DNA of 64,000 nt. Source: Vicugna vicugna. Lineage: Eukaryota. This document shows positions 50,945 through 63,155 of the stretch, piece after piece. The notes below the pieces were generated by a model that searched no databases, was not told the DNA's origin, and worked only from the letters and a program-made list of their open reading frames with translations. How positions within the stretch are numbered: position 1 is the stretch's first letter; each line of letters opens with the position of its first letter. The stretch lies in the NCBI GenBank assembly GCA_013265495.1, contig MU058531.1, positions 2,790,911-2,854,910 on the forward strand, in the 5' to 3' direction. The position numbers and the translations under genes are program-made.

Positions 50945-52387
50945 CTGCTCATCGCATACGTGGCAGGAAGAAGGCAAACCATGTGCGGGTCACACGGAGA
51001 TGGAGACCCCACAGCATTAGGTTGAAAGAGAAAGAGAGGAGGAGACATTAGTTTTCATGCCTGCCTTGTATCATCAACATTTTCGTGGATTATTTAAATT
51101 ATTCAATATAGCCTTATAATTAAACACACCTTATTGGTTTCTTCTCTGAAAATGTGCAAAAGAGTTACGAACAGTATTAAAGTGAAAGGTTTGGAGGTAT
51201 GTCCCACATCCTGCCCATGTCCCACGTCTTCATGGGGTTAGACAATCCGTTCACCAGCACCGTGATCACATGGAGGTGGGGTGTGGTGGGGGTGGGGGGT
51301 ACAGCTGCCCGTCTTCCTGCCCCAAACCTTTCATTCCAGTTAGCTTCTAAAAGTGTATTCCCAACTTGGTCTCATTCTCATCCCTTCAAAACGCCCGTCA
51401 CTAGGTGTCTATGTCTAGCACGATGGTAACAGCATCATGGAAGCATCTTTTCTTGGTTTTCCCTAGGCCTATGTTACAGCACCAAATATATACCCATCAG
51501 TTAAAATTGTTCTAGGATGTCCAGTTTCTCATTGGCCAAATCCTTCCATTTGAGCTTCTGCATAGAGAAGCCCCCAGGAGATAAGGGCCCAGGAAATGAG
51601 AGAATGCAGGGCTAGGATGCTGGGGCTAGAGTTTTCTCTTGGTACCTGCTGGAACATTAGCCAAGCTCGCCCACAGGGCAGTCTGAAGAATTGCTACCTA
51701 GACCCCCTTTCTGAAATCCTAACTTCAAGTCCATTTCCAATGTGGGGCACAGATTCCTCGCTACAGGTACTTCCTGCAGGGGCCGTGTGGGGCAGCCTCG
51801 GGGCTTCTGCAAGTACCTCTCAGCACTTCCCGGATTAACTTTTATTCAGCGCACAGACGAGCCAAGAGAGGCAGAGAAACAGATGGACGTAACAATTCTA
51901 TTAGATGCACACCACAGCAGGCTTAAAGGTAAAATCATCACAGCTGAATCAAGATTTTGGAGAGAGGGAATTTTATGCCCAAAGTGCTTTCACACTCTGA
52001 ATGGTTCCTGAATCCAGATTTTTAGAGTCTGTTTATTCGCATCTATTTTCAGCTATTTTAAATCATTTCAAAGGCAAGAATAGCTCACGATTTAAAGAAA
52101 AAAGCATTATTCAAAACAGATTGCCGGTGTTAAAATTTAGGATTAATGTGGGAGAATTTGTTCACGTCCACTTGCTCATTAGTTCATGCGGAAAAGGAAT
52201 GGAAGTAGCGGAAGCAACTTGCTTTATTACATCCACATGGCACAGAAGATTCTCCCTGGAGGCTTAAAGTAATCACATTTGTTTAAAGATTGCCTTTCAC
52301 TCCAAAATCTAGACAGGATCTGAGAGGAGAATGCAAGTCTTTAGCCCGAGGTCCCCACAGTCCCATGCATGTTCTTATCATACATAC

Positions 52388-52444
52388 ATGCACTGTCGTT
52401 GGAGAAGCCATTTTGCTGAGTGCTGCTGACACACTGCTTAAGCA
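52388..52444 (-). CDS. MYOF: MYOF alternatively spliced cassette exon 38a (CLSSVSAALSKMASPTTVH)
   Basis: ttccag|TGC...CAT|gtatgt; 57 nt, symmetric phase 0-0; peptide resembles the recalled mammalian exon 38a insert. Confidence 0.85.
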
Positions 52445-54216
52445 CTGGAATTGGAAGGCAATTGTTGAAACAGCCATGCAGGATGTCCATGTTACCCAGC
52501 TAGCACTTAGCAATTTGCCCCCAGTACTTATTGCCCACTTCACGTGTAGTGGTGCTGAGCCCATCTGTTAAGAGCTCCCCTCATCACCACAGGATCATGG
52601 TGTGAGCTCGAGACTGTCGCCCGAAGCCACAGCCTCCAGCTCCCCTCAACAGCACGGTTTGACCCACCCCCTCAACGGATCCACGCAAAAGGCTTGAATT
52701 GAGTTAGTCGTGATAGGTGTTCATCACACATGCATCACATGTACATGTAACACATGCATAGCACACACATGCATGTGTGTTACATGTATGTATGTAGATT
52801 ACATGAACATGGAATCCAGGACATCGGCAAGCTTGTTACTGGCTCTTCCAAAACTAAACTTCTGCTCATTTGACTTTACTTAGATGTGTGCTGTCTTCCC
52901 AGATGAGTCAGGTGGAATCCGTTTTTTTTTTTTAACCGTGGTCTTCCATGTCCACTCGGAGGGGACATCCCCAAAACAGTCCTGTTTCTCTGGCTCATGG
53001 AGGGCAGGTCAGGACCATGCAGAGAAGACTGAGTGCTGGTGAGTGGGGAATCAGTTTTTTAGAGGAAATTCCAAATCCCCTCTCTTATCAACACACTGTA
53101 CCTCTGCTAGGGGGCTGGGTGTTAGGAGAGCAGTGGATTAAAGTCATTCATAGTACTTGGGAATGACTGATAATAGCGTCCTCAATCCTGCTAGGCTGCA
53201 ACTTAAATTCTATAAGCTGTAAACTGAGCTTTCACACTGTGTTGAAAGGAGCCTTATCTGGTAACTACTGTTACGATATCAATGAGGATGGGGCGTGGAC
53301 TGGCTTTACTCTTCTTGCTCTCCCATACCTAGGGCTACAGAGAGATGCGAGATGCAAGATGTGAAATGTGGAGGGCACAGAGAACTGATTGACCACAGGA
53401 GGTAGGAGAGCTGGAGGCAGATTACTGAACAGGGTCTGAAACTGCCTTTTTCCAGAGTTGTGAAAATGTACGTACAGGATCTTAAGTATATGGTATTTCA
53501 CTTCTCCCCAGGCTACTACTATTTTATTAGGACTATTTGGGGTTGTGTTTAAAGTGAATATAGTGGTTCTGCAAATTTGATATTATCATTTCTGACTGTG
53601 GAGGATTCTCCGGGAACAGAATCAAACACACTGCTACACAGTGCTGGCTGTGGAGACCACAGTTAATATGGTCCACTTGTTAGTGAGTTTAATGCAATGG
53701 GAAGAGAGTAGATTTTTTTTTAAGGCACTGTTTATGGACGTAACACATTAAAGTGCAATCATGTGCACTTTTTGGCCAGTTTGCACATTAAAACATGCTG
53801 TGAAAGCCCATCATGAACGCCAACAGAAACAGGGAGATAGCTGATGTTTTCTTTATTCTGGGCTGAGAACTCTTTTTTCCCCTTTCCTTCTTGTCGAATT
53901 GGCTGGAATGGTTTTAAAATAGGGTCCTGAGTGAGCATTTCCACCACTTTCTTGACTTCGAAACCACAGTGAATGTAAAATTAGGGATATCTCATACACT
54001 GACAAATAGAGTCACTGAAAATCCATGACACTTCTGTTCCATGTAGGAAAAAACACTAGTGTGTTACATGCACCCTTGCACTGAATTTTGCAATGCTGTG
54101 TATTTGCTCCTGAAATTTCTCTTTCTTGCAAATGATACCCACTAACACTGTCCACACCAGTGGTTCTCAGACCTGCCTGAACATTAGAATCATTAGATTT
54201 AAAATATGCTGATGTC

Positions 54217-54445
54217 AGAGGGGAGGGTGTAGCTCAGTGGTAGAGTGCATGCTTAGTATGCACGAGGTCCTGGATTCAATCCCCAGTACCTCCACTAAAA
54301 ATAAATCCCTGTATGTATTGACATTCAATATAATGTATATGTGCAGTCAAACTGTAATAATTCTACCTAAGAAAACTGAAAAAGAAAAAAAAATTTTTAA
54401 GAAAAAAAATCCAATTACCTACCCCCTTCCAAAAAAATTTTTTTT
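54217..54445 (+). mobile_element. tRNA-Ala-derived SINE (vic-1 type) with an internal insertion, nested in a MER5-like relic
   Basis: A box tagctcagtgg and B box gattcaatcc; 15-bp TSD aaatatgctgatgtc at 54202-54216 and 54446-54460. Confidence 0.9.
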
Positions 54446-54724
54446 AAATATGCTGATGTCTAGGTCCCCCTCCCTCCTGGAGGGTGGGGCATGGACCTGG
54501 ATATTATTTAAGTATACTGAGTGACTAAGGGTAGAGGACATTAGTCCACACATTGTCATCATAGCTACTAATGAGCACAAGATTCAGGTTCTTAACCATG
54601 GTAAGTTGGTTTGATTATTTTAATTGCAGTGAATTCCCCCAGTGGTTTGACTGAATTCGTCCCCAATGCTTAGACACCTGTAAGATAAAAATGACATCAT
54701 CCAATGATCAGTTCTGAAGCCTAC

Positions 54725-54801
54725 CTTTGAAGCCAGTAATGGTTTGGTGTCTTCTATTTCGATAATGACGTCCCGGCAGGGCGCCGTAGACAGAAAGGAG
54801 G
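54725..54801 (-). CDS. MYOF: MYOF exon 38 (ASFLSTAPCRDVIIEIEDTKPLLASK)
   Basis: ttgcag|CC...AAG|gtaggc; 77 nt, phase 1-0. Confidence 0.93.
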
Positions 54802-55589
54802 CTGCAAGACAAACAATTTCATAATCTAAGACACTTACAAAAATACAGTGGTGAACATGCTACTCCAAGTTCAAGTTAGACAGCCACAGAATGGATGGTA
54901 GAGTTTGCTCTGGGATGAGACTTAAGGAACAGAGAAGACCACACCCAAAGGTAGAAAAATAACCCAGCAGTTTATCACTTTTCCCAAAATGTGATATGGT
55001 TTCAGACATTTTTAGGGGGCTGTACGGCCCATGTTTTCCTTTTGTCCTAGACAATTAGCCCAGCACCTATGCAAAGGTAGCGCTGAAAAACAGACTTGTG
55101 TTAATTCATGTCTTTAGAGGATACAGGAGTGAGGTCGGGGTCGGGGGAAGCTACACTGAAGGAGCCTCCTTTTCAAGGAATCTGTTCCAAGACACAGCGA
55201 AGCAAAGCCAGGTGAATGGCTGTACATTTCAGGGCGGAAGTTGCAATGGCTGGTTCAGCCTTGGTTCTCACAGTGTATGCAGAGGGAAAAGGCACACGTT
55301 CTGGCTTAAAGCCCAGGATATTTGTGGCTCTGGATTTTAGGGTAAGAGCAAGAGCTCAGGAACAGCCCCAGGGGCTTGCCAGGTTTGGTTCAGCTGAAGT
55401 GGGTACCAAAGCCTCAGCCTGGGGCGGGGTGGGCTGAGAGGTGCAGCCACTGTTTGCGGAAGAAGGCAGCAGGCAGCCAGACATCCAGCAAGAGGCCATA
55501 ACACACAGAATAAATTCCAGCAAGCCAAAAGAACTTTCTGTGTAACCCACCTGGGCAATTGATATACAGAACATAAAGGAAGGAAGACA

Positions 55590-55840
55590 CATTTTTTTAG
55601 GTACCGACCATGTGCCAGGCAGTGGGCTGAACCCTTTACTTACACATGTGGTCTCATCTAATCCCTCAATAATCCTGTAGAGGATGTGCATATGTGCCAT
55701 TATCCCCATTATAAAGATGAAAAAACAAACTGAGGCCAAGAGGCAGCAAGTAATTTGCTCCTGGTTGGATAGTTAATAGCAAGTGGAAATAAGTAATCTA
55801 GGTCTGTCTGACCCCAAAGTTTGTGTTTTAACCATCATAC
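55590..55840 (-). mobile_element. MIR SINE
   Basis: catgtgccaggca...ctcatctaatccctca...attatccccatt...gatga...aactgaggc. Confidence 0.75.
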
Positions 55841-57610
55841 CACAGCCCAGAGCAAAGTGGGTCCTCAATAAATGTCAGAGAAATGATTAGGGGAACCCTG
55901 GGCAAGTGGAGACAGACATGTACTGAGCATCTAGGATACGCCAGTTGCTGCGCTGTTGCTAGGTCGTTGTACATCCACACAGCACTCCCCTCCCAGGTCT
56001 CTCAGCGGTCCCCCAACTCCTGATGACTGTGGCAACACAGAACAACGGCACAGCCAGGAGGGCAGGATGCTGGAACACAGCTGCTCACAAGTTCCTTCTT
56101 CCATTAGCAGCTTTACCACCCGCGTGTAAACAGAACCTTGGAGGAAAGTGACTGTGTGCTTCCAATACTTGGCCAACCAAGCACACTCCCAACTCTTAGT
56201 TCAATTTGGTTTGAAGAAAGGACCAACTTGATCGAATATAATAGATGCCAGTCTGGGAATATTGAGCTCCCCATACTCTCTAAGGATTTTCCTCTCCAGG
56301 GGCTCTCTGAAGCCCTCATCACACTTCACATTAACCCCACAGAATTACCAACCAGGAGACCTCTGCCTCCCTCTGACCAATAGACACCAGTAGGTTCACA
56401 CAAGCAATTCTAGGGCCAGAGAAAATCTGCAGCATTTGTACCTTCCTAATAATTTTCCATATTTGTATCAAAGAACTTCCACTCCTGAAAGCAGTAGGAA
56501 AGACAGTAGGAAAACGGCTTCTCTCCCTTCAGTAACCCCAAATAAAAGAATGCCTGCAGTTACATTCATCCTTGTTGTTATAAAAATGTTACTGTTTTAG
56601 GCACCATCAATTCAGCACAAAATGCTCTGCATGGGAAACTCATGGATAAACACTTGTAGGGTTTTGCTCAAGTGTGACTGGATTTTTTTTTTACTTCTCT
56701 GAATCAGGGATACAGGATGCTCAGACCTACAGAACAGATGAGTTTCAGAGGCTCTGCAGAAGCAAGACCAAGCCTTATGGAAGACTAAGTAGAACTGGTT
56801 AGCAGCCCAGGTGCTCAAACAGAAGACACGTTTCAGTCTTGAGGCTATTAACGATCTGCTGATGGTCAGTTCTCCACGGGGTCTAGTCTCTCATGAGCCT
56901 AGGGGCCCTGGGCTCTTGTTCACCGAACAGACATAGTCCCCAGCCCCGAACACAGTCCCTGGCACATGGTAAGCTACAAAACAAGTAATTACTGAATAAA
57001 TAAGAGCAAAATGCTTCTCGTTAGTTATTTTTGAGTCTAGAACTCTAAGGTAAGTATTATGTCCTGCTCGATCATTTACTTATTAAGTGGCCTGATACAA
57101 GGCATTTAAACTCAGTAAGTAGGTGCTAGTTTTGCCTCGATGGATAACAATGAAATCATACTTTTCAAATGATATCACAACAATGTTGTGGTACATTAAT
57201 GAGGTGGAACAACAGATAGAAAGTAATTTAAAATTAAAACGTCCTGCTCCCTCAGTGCTCACAGGTAGGCCCCCGTCTTTCCCCAACAAAATATTTATCA
57301 TACCAAACCACAATCACAATCACCCACTGCCTTGTCTGTCTTCCCTGCTGGACAATACAAAAGAGAAGTCTCACGTTCATCCAGGGGCAGGATAATTCAA
57401 AGGCAAGAGCATGAGTGCTGCGTCCCCCCAATCGAGGACACAATTCAAGGGTGGCTCTGCTACTTATAAACCATATTAACTTGGGAAACTTACAAACGCA
57501 CTGCATATCACACCGTGTCCATCTGCAAAACCCAGACGATGACTACTTACCTTGAGATGTTTGTAAAGACTAAGTCAGACCAACAGGAAAAGTCCCAGGA
57601 TGTTATTTAC

Positions 57611-57776
57611 CTTTCAGCTGGGGCACAACATCCTCCTTTCCTGCATAAGGGTCGCAACGAAAGCGGTCCAGGTGGTCAATGGTGCACTGGCCCACGACAG
57701 GCTTGCGTCCAAACTGCCGGTGGTCGATGACCTTGATCACCAGGGGAGGCACGTACAACTCCTCCTTGGGCAAGAA
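57611..57776 (-). CDS. MYOF: MYOF exon ~37 ([31 protein letters not shown]...VPQLK)
   Basis: ccag|TTC...AAAG|gtaaat; 166 nt, phase 0-1. Confidence 0.95.
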
Positions 57777-59094
57777 CTGGGGGTCACAGAGGTGGGTGTC
57801 ACTTCTCTGGGACCCGACAAGGGGGGCTTTGCCAATGGACTCCCCCAAGAAGGACCAGCCCAGGTTCTTTCTGCCCATTGGTAGAGCCCAGGGGACCCAC
57901 AGTAAGCAGTTCGGTGACAAGCAGCCTGGTGCTCAAGGGCCCTGAGCGCTGGGCCAGGGATCCAATCCTGGCCCTGCCACTGACAGTGGCACGATCTTAG
58001 GGAACTTTTCCATGTCCCAGTGATCTCCTCAGTCACAGCAGGGCTGCTGAATTAACAGATGTGAAACACTTAGAATTGTACCTTAGTACCTGGCTCTACT
58101 CTGTAACAGGGCGTGAAGCCAGCATTTAATTAGAATTTGTTAAAATTCAGAAAGCATCAAGATAAAACTGACCCTGCAAAGGAATTAACTGTGGCTTGGG
58201 AGTCTTTGAGCCCTGGAAGTTCAGTGCCAAAACGGGATGTGCATGCTCCCTTGACACCTCCTGGTTCCTCCATATGGAAGGTGGTGGCCTTGGTGACATT
58301 GTCTGACTGGGGGATTCTGGGCTGGCCTCGGGCCTGCCTGATGTGTGGTTCAGGTGATTTCCACCTCTGTCCTTGCTGGGGTAGACCGAGTGGCTTTCCT
58401 TACCTCTGCTGACTGAGGCTAGATTCCAGACTGAGTTGGGAGGTGGGAAGAGGCTGAAAAGTGGACAAGGATGGGTGGAGTGGCCCAGGGATCATTTTGG
58501 GACTCTGGCTCAGAGCATCCAGTTGGTGCTCATCTATGATCTCAGATGGGAACTGTGAACTAGATCCGAGGCTGTCACATTTCTAATAACCAGAGGGTGA
58601 CTTCAATGGACCTAAGTGGGCACCATCACAGGGGCACCGGGACGCGGGGTGCAGGCTGTTAGGATCTGACCCCATCACCCCATCACTCCACAACTGCCCC
58701 CTCCCCAGACTGCCAATCACTCTCTGGAGGGTTCTGGTCCATGTACACCTGCAGGGGCACAACTGAGGGTTAATATTCCGCTCTCAGGGGATTGACCAGA
58801 GCCGGTTATAGAGAGCTGAATGGATGGGAAGTTCTTTGGAGAAATATATTAGTATTGCTCATAGATATTTCTGTGTCACTAGGGTGGTTTGAAACTTTAA
58901 GAAACTATCACTACAGTATGAGAATCTAAGGGGGAAACATCACAGACAAGCTGACTACAAGGTGGGGTTTCTCTATTTGTTGTCAGACTTTCTAAATATA
59001 TATAACATATGCATGTGATTTGTATATATTCATTATTCAAGTACAGTCCAGCTATTCAACACACACGGATGATTCCAGAGTCCTGATACTGTAC

Positions 59095-59256
59095 CACTTT
59101 CATGAAGAGAACAGAACTTGGAAAGTTGGGCGTCTTCTTAAGGTTTTTGATCACCACGGATTCTACCCTCTCCCCTCCGCACTCCACAATGAGACTGGGG
59201 GATGTGACGGAAGCCATCTGGTAGTTCTTCATATTCCTTAAGCCCCAAGCCAGGAT
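59095..59256 (-). CDS. MYOF: MYOF exon ~36 ([15 protein letters not shown]...VLFMKV)
   Basis: ttag|ATC...GTG|gtacag; 162 nt, phase 0-0; ferlin WGLRNMK motif. Confidence 0.95.
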
Positions 59257-60017
59257 CTAAGAACACGGTGTAAAGAGAAGGGAAGGAAGCCCCGCGGATT
59301 AAAAATACTATTCAAAAGGAGCAATTCTTTCTGAAGCACTGCTAAGTTCCTTAAGCCTGAGTGTGCAGATTTGCCCAAGCTCTCTGAGCATGTCACCCTA
59401 GGAAGCCTGCAGGTCGTACAGAGAAAGCATTTTTGCCCCTTTCCTTCTTGTACCTGAGCCGCTAAAAGGCAGAGCAGGTACAGTGCAGGGACCAAATCCT
59501 GGCTGTGCACATCACAGCTCTGAGAACTCAGGCAAGCCAGTAACCTCTCTGCCTCCTCTACAAACAGGACTGGGAGCATCACCTGTCAGAGGGCTATTCT
59601 ATGGATCACGTGTAAACTTCTCAGCGCACTGTCTGACACGCAAGCATTCAAAACTACTAGCTGCTGTTTAACGCCATCTGCCTCAGTCTTAGCCAGACAG
59701 CCTGAGAACAGGAATCTCCAGATAACAGCTGCTTAACTGGAAAGGAGGAGGCCTCAACAGTGGGCCAGACACCGTCCATCCAGCTCCACCGGCCCATGTC
59801 TGCTCTGGCTGTCCGACACAGCACAGTTTCCACCCTCCCCCTTCCCTGTCTCCATCTCCGCCTCCCTCTCAGGCACCCTCTCCTCTGCACAAGCAGACAT
59901 GCTGTCCCGAGTCTGTCTCCTCTCTCCTGGTTCCCCAGTTGGCCCGGGAAACTCAGAAGTCCACTGGCTCCCAGTAAGAGAGAATTCTAGATTCCCTTAG
60001 GAATGTTGTGATTGGCT

Positions 60018-60230
60018 TTTTTTTTTAATTTATTTAAAAAACTTTTATAATTGAAGTATAGTTGATTTACAGTGTTGTATTAGTTCCTGGTGTACAGTGT
60101 GGTGATCTGGTTACACATATACATACATATTCTTTTTCATTACAGGTTACTACAAGCCATGGATGACAGTTCCCCATGCTGTAACCACAGGGCCTTGTTA
60201 TTTATCTATTCTGTACACAGTAATTTGTAT
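60018..60230 (-). mobile_element. L1 3'UTR fragment
   Basis: T tail followed by ttgaagtatagttgatttaca...ctggtgtacag...ggttactacaag. Confidence 0.8.
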
Positions 60231-60424
60231 CAGCCAGGGACTAACTTGTTCTTACTGTCTCCACAAGCCTTCTCTTCCCATGAATATTTCAATTTTCTGG
60301 ACAAATTCTACAGGAAGTTGGAGACAGCAAGAGAATATGCAACAAGGTTCCATTTCTTATATGAAAGATTCCAGTCCCAGAGCCATGTCCATTTGATTTG
60401 ATCAATGAAACAGAGAGCACCTAC

Positions 60425-60523
60425 CTCAATAGCAGTGAGCTGAACCACAGGCCTGATGCCCTGGGGGACCATGTACAGATTTGGCGCCCTCTGCGAGGGG
60501 AGAATGGGAAGGTTGGAGCCATC
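60425..60523 (-). CDS. MYOF: MYOF exon ~35 (DGSNLPILPSQRAPNLYMVPQGIRPVVQLTAIE)
   Basis: cgcag|GAT...GAG|gtaggt; 99 nt, phase 0-0. Confidence 0.95.
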
Positions 60524-60653
60524 CTGCGAAACAAACACAGAAATGTCCGTGCCTCCCTTTAATTCAAGTAAACAGTGCCTGGAGTTGTTAACCAGTCTTT
60601 AAGCAGCTACTCTGAATAAAAATAAATTTACGGAGTGAGAACTCAGTAAGTAC

Positions 60654-60812
60654 CTTCTGCCTTAGAATCAGCTCCGCAGTTACAAGGACTTCCCCACAGG
60701 TCTTGTCTCCATTCATTACTGGGTACCAGAGAAGTTTGGGTGTGACATCCATTTCTGAGTTTAGTTTCACCAGAGGAGAGCACATGCTTCGCCCTAAAAA
60801 TTCATCTTTGCC
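60654..60812 (-). CDS. MYOF: MYOF exon ~34 (GKDEFLGRSMCSPLVKLN...LILRQK)
   Basis: ctag|GGC...AAG|gtactt; 159 nt, phase 0-0. Confidence 0.95.
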
Positions 60813-60905
60813 CTAGAGAAACAAGCAATCCTTAAATCCCCCGACAATCATCCCTATAAACTTCCATCATCCCACAAGCCATTTTAGAAATTCTAAATCA
60901 CCTAC

Positions 60906-61087
60906 CACTTGGTCATTGTCAAAAAGTTCGATGGTAACCTTGGGTGGGTTCTGTAGGACTGTTTGGGGTTCCCCATAAATTTCAATTTCATCAAATATAA
61001 TCGTTTGGTCCCAAGTGGGATTGAGAGTTGAGTGGATGATCTCAGTGGTCTTACTCCGATGAAGGAAGGAGATGTGAGCATATGGAT
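60906..61087 (-). CDS. MYOF: MYOF exon ~33 (DPYAHISFLHRSKTTE...FDNDQV)
   Basis: tttag|AT...GTG|gtaggt; 182 nt, phase 1-0. Confidence 0.95.
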
Positions 61088-61129
61088 CTAAAACAGAAAA
61101 AGAGAATAATAGTGCAGCCATGGCTTAAG

Positions 61130-61900
61130 TCTGAAATCGTAAGACTCCTGGAAGGAACAGAGGGTGCAAGCTCCTTGACAGTGGTCTTGGCAATGATTTT
61201 TTGAATTTGACACCAAGAGCAAAAGCACCAAAAGCAAAAATAAACAAGCAGAACCACATCAAACTAAAAAGGTTCTGCACAGCAAAGGACATTATCAACG
61301 AAATGACAGGCAACCTATGGGTGAACAGATAGAGAAAAATACATCTACATACACACACACACAATGAAACATAATTCAGACTAAGAAAAGAAGGAAGTCC
61401 TGCCATTTGTAACAACATGGGTGAACTTGGAGGACATTATACTAAGTGAAATACATCAGGGAAAGACAAATCCTATATGGTATCACTTATACACGGAATC
61501 AAAAACAAACAAACAAACAAACAAAAAAACAAATCAACTCACAGAAAGGGGGAGTACAACGGTGGTGCCAGGGGCTGGAGGCAGGGGAAATGGAAAAAAG
61601 TTAGCAAAAGAGTATAAATTTCATCTATTAAGATGAACGAGGCCTGCGGACCTAATGTATAACCTGGTGACTATAGCTAACAGCGTGTAAGTGAAATTTG
61701 CTAAGAGAGTAGAGCTCAAGTGTTCTCGCTTGCACATGCACACAAAACAGGTAAACATGTGAGGCGATGAATGTGTTCACTCAACTGTAGGAATCCTTTC
61801 ACAATGTGTACGTGTATCAAATGATCACATTGTACACTTTAAATATATTACAACTTTATTTGTCAGCTAAACCTCAATACAGCTGGAAAAAGATAAGAAA
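61130..61900 (+). mobile_element. L1 (L1MA-like) 3' portion with an internal deletion
   Basis: catcaaactaaaaaggttctgcacagcaaagga...ttggaggacattatactaagtgaaata...cattgtacactttaaatata. Confidence 0.85.
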
Positions 61901-62170
61901 AAAAGAAGTAATCCATCTCTCCTACATGCTAAATAATTTCACCCTTTTTGCAATTGCTTGGGAGCTGACCTATCTGGGCAATAGCCTAATGTCTAACTTG
62001 AAGCTTCCACATAAGCCAAAAAAGTGCTTGGCTTTGAGCTTTGCAGCGTCCTATGAATGGGATTCCTTGCTTTTGCCCTGATGACATATCTTACATCTCA
62101 AATTGCAAGGAATGTGCTTAGAGTTTTATGCAACTTTAGTCATGAAGTTAAATTTGACTTTCAATGATTG

Positions 62171-62189
62171 AGTGCCCCCTGGTGGTGAA
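62171..62189 (-). promoter_or_regulatory. Candidate CTCF site
   Basis: Minus strand reads TTCACCACCAGGGGGCACT, near-consensus, isolated in AT-rich unique sequence. Confidence 0.7.
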
Positions 62190-63077
62190 TATTTGAATAT
62201 TCAAAAATACCTTCAAAAATTTTTGGAGATACGTATTGCAGAAATAAGCTTGAATCTGCTTTAACTTGTCAACAAAGGAAACCGTTCACAAATGTTGGTT
62301 AATGTTAGTGCTCGGGACACACCTCACAATTGATGTGATCTTGTCACAGCGTCAGGCAAATGCTCCTGGAGCTGTTTCCATGGAAGGCCCAGGAAGCTCC
62401 GCTGGCCTTCAGGTCTGCAGCAGATAGCTCCCCAAACAGCCCAGGCAGCCCAGAACTACTCATGGTCCCAGCAGCAACAGCACGAATCTCCCAGCAGCAG
62501 GTGCCCACAACCGCCCTCTTAGAACCAGTCTAAAGGCAACAGGGCCTTTAGGCGGGAGTATCAGTGTGAGGGGTGATGAGGCCTCATAGTTTGACGGTGC
62601 TGGTAATCTGGGGAGCAGGCAGCAGAGGAGGGTGAGACGGACTCCAAACTGCTTCCGGTTTGCAGGGGAGTGGGTGACATTGTGATCTCTCTGTCAACTT
62701 AGGAGAGTGTCCAAAAATACAGAGAGGTCTTAACTTACCCATCAACCCAAGAGCCCAGAGCTTAAAACCATAGCTACTGGTATAAAGAGAGCAGAAATTG
62801 CTTTTCATTTCAGTGTATTTATAACTTAATCAATCGATGATTATTAGTATGAATAGACCACATGTCGTCTCCAGCCCTCAGCCTCTGTGCTCGACATACT
62901 CAGTGACAATCCAGTGACTGAGCAATTCATGCAACCTCGTGCATATCAAACTAATCTCAGTATGCAAAGTAGTTGCTGTTGTTAGAAATAACTAAAAGGA
63001 ACAACCTGATGAAAAGCAGAACCAAGCTAGCCCACTGCGTCATAACATGTGAGATGGAGATTTTTTTTTCCCTTTAC

Positions 63078-63155
63078 CTGAAAAGCTATCCTTGTCCAGA
63101 GCCATGAGGTTTCTGGCTTGATAGATATAGCAGCGCAGATGGTAAATGTAGACCC
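63078..63155 (-). CDS. MYOF: MYOF exon ~32 (VYIYHLRCYIYQARNLMALDKDSFS), start of a C2 domain
   Basis: ttcag|GG...TCAG|gtaaag; 78 nt, phase 1-1. Confidence 0.93.
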
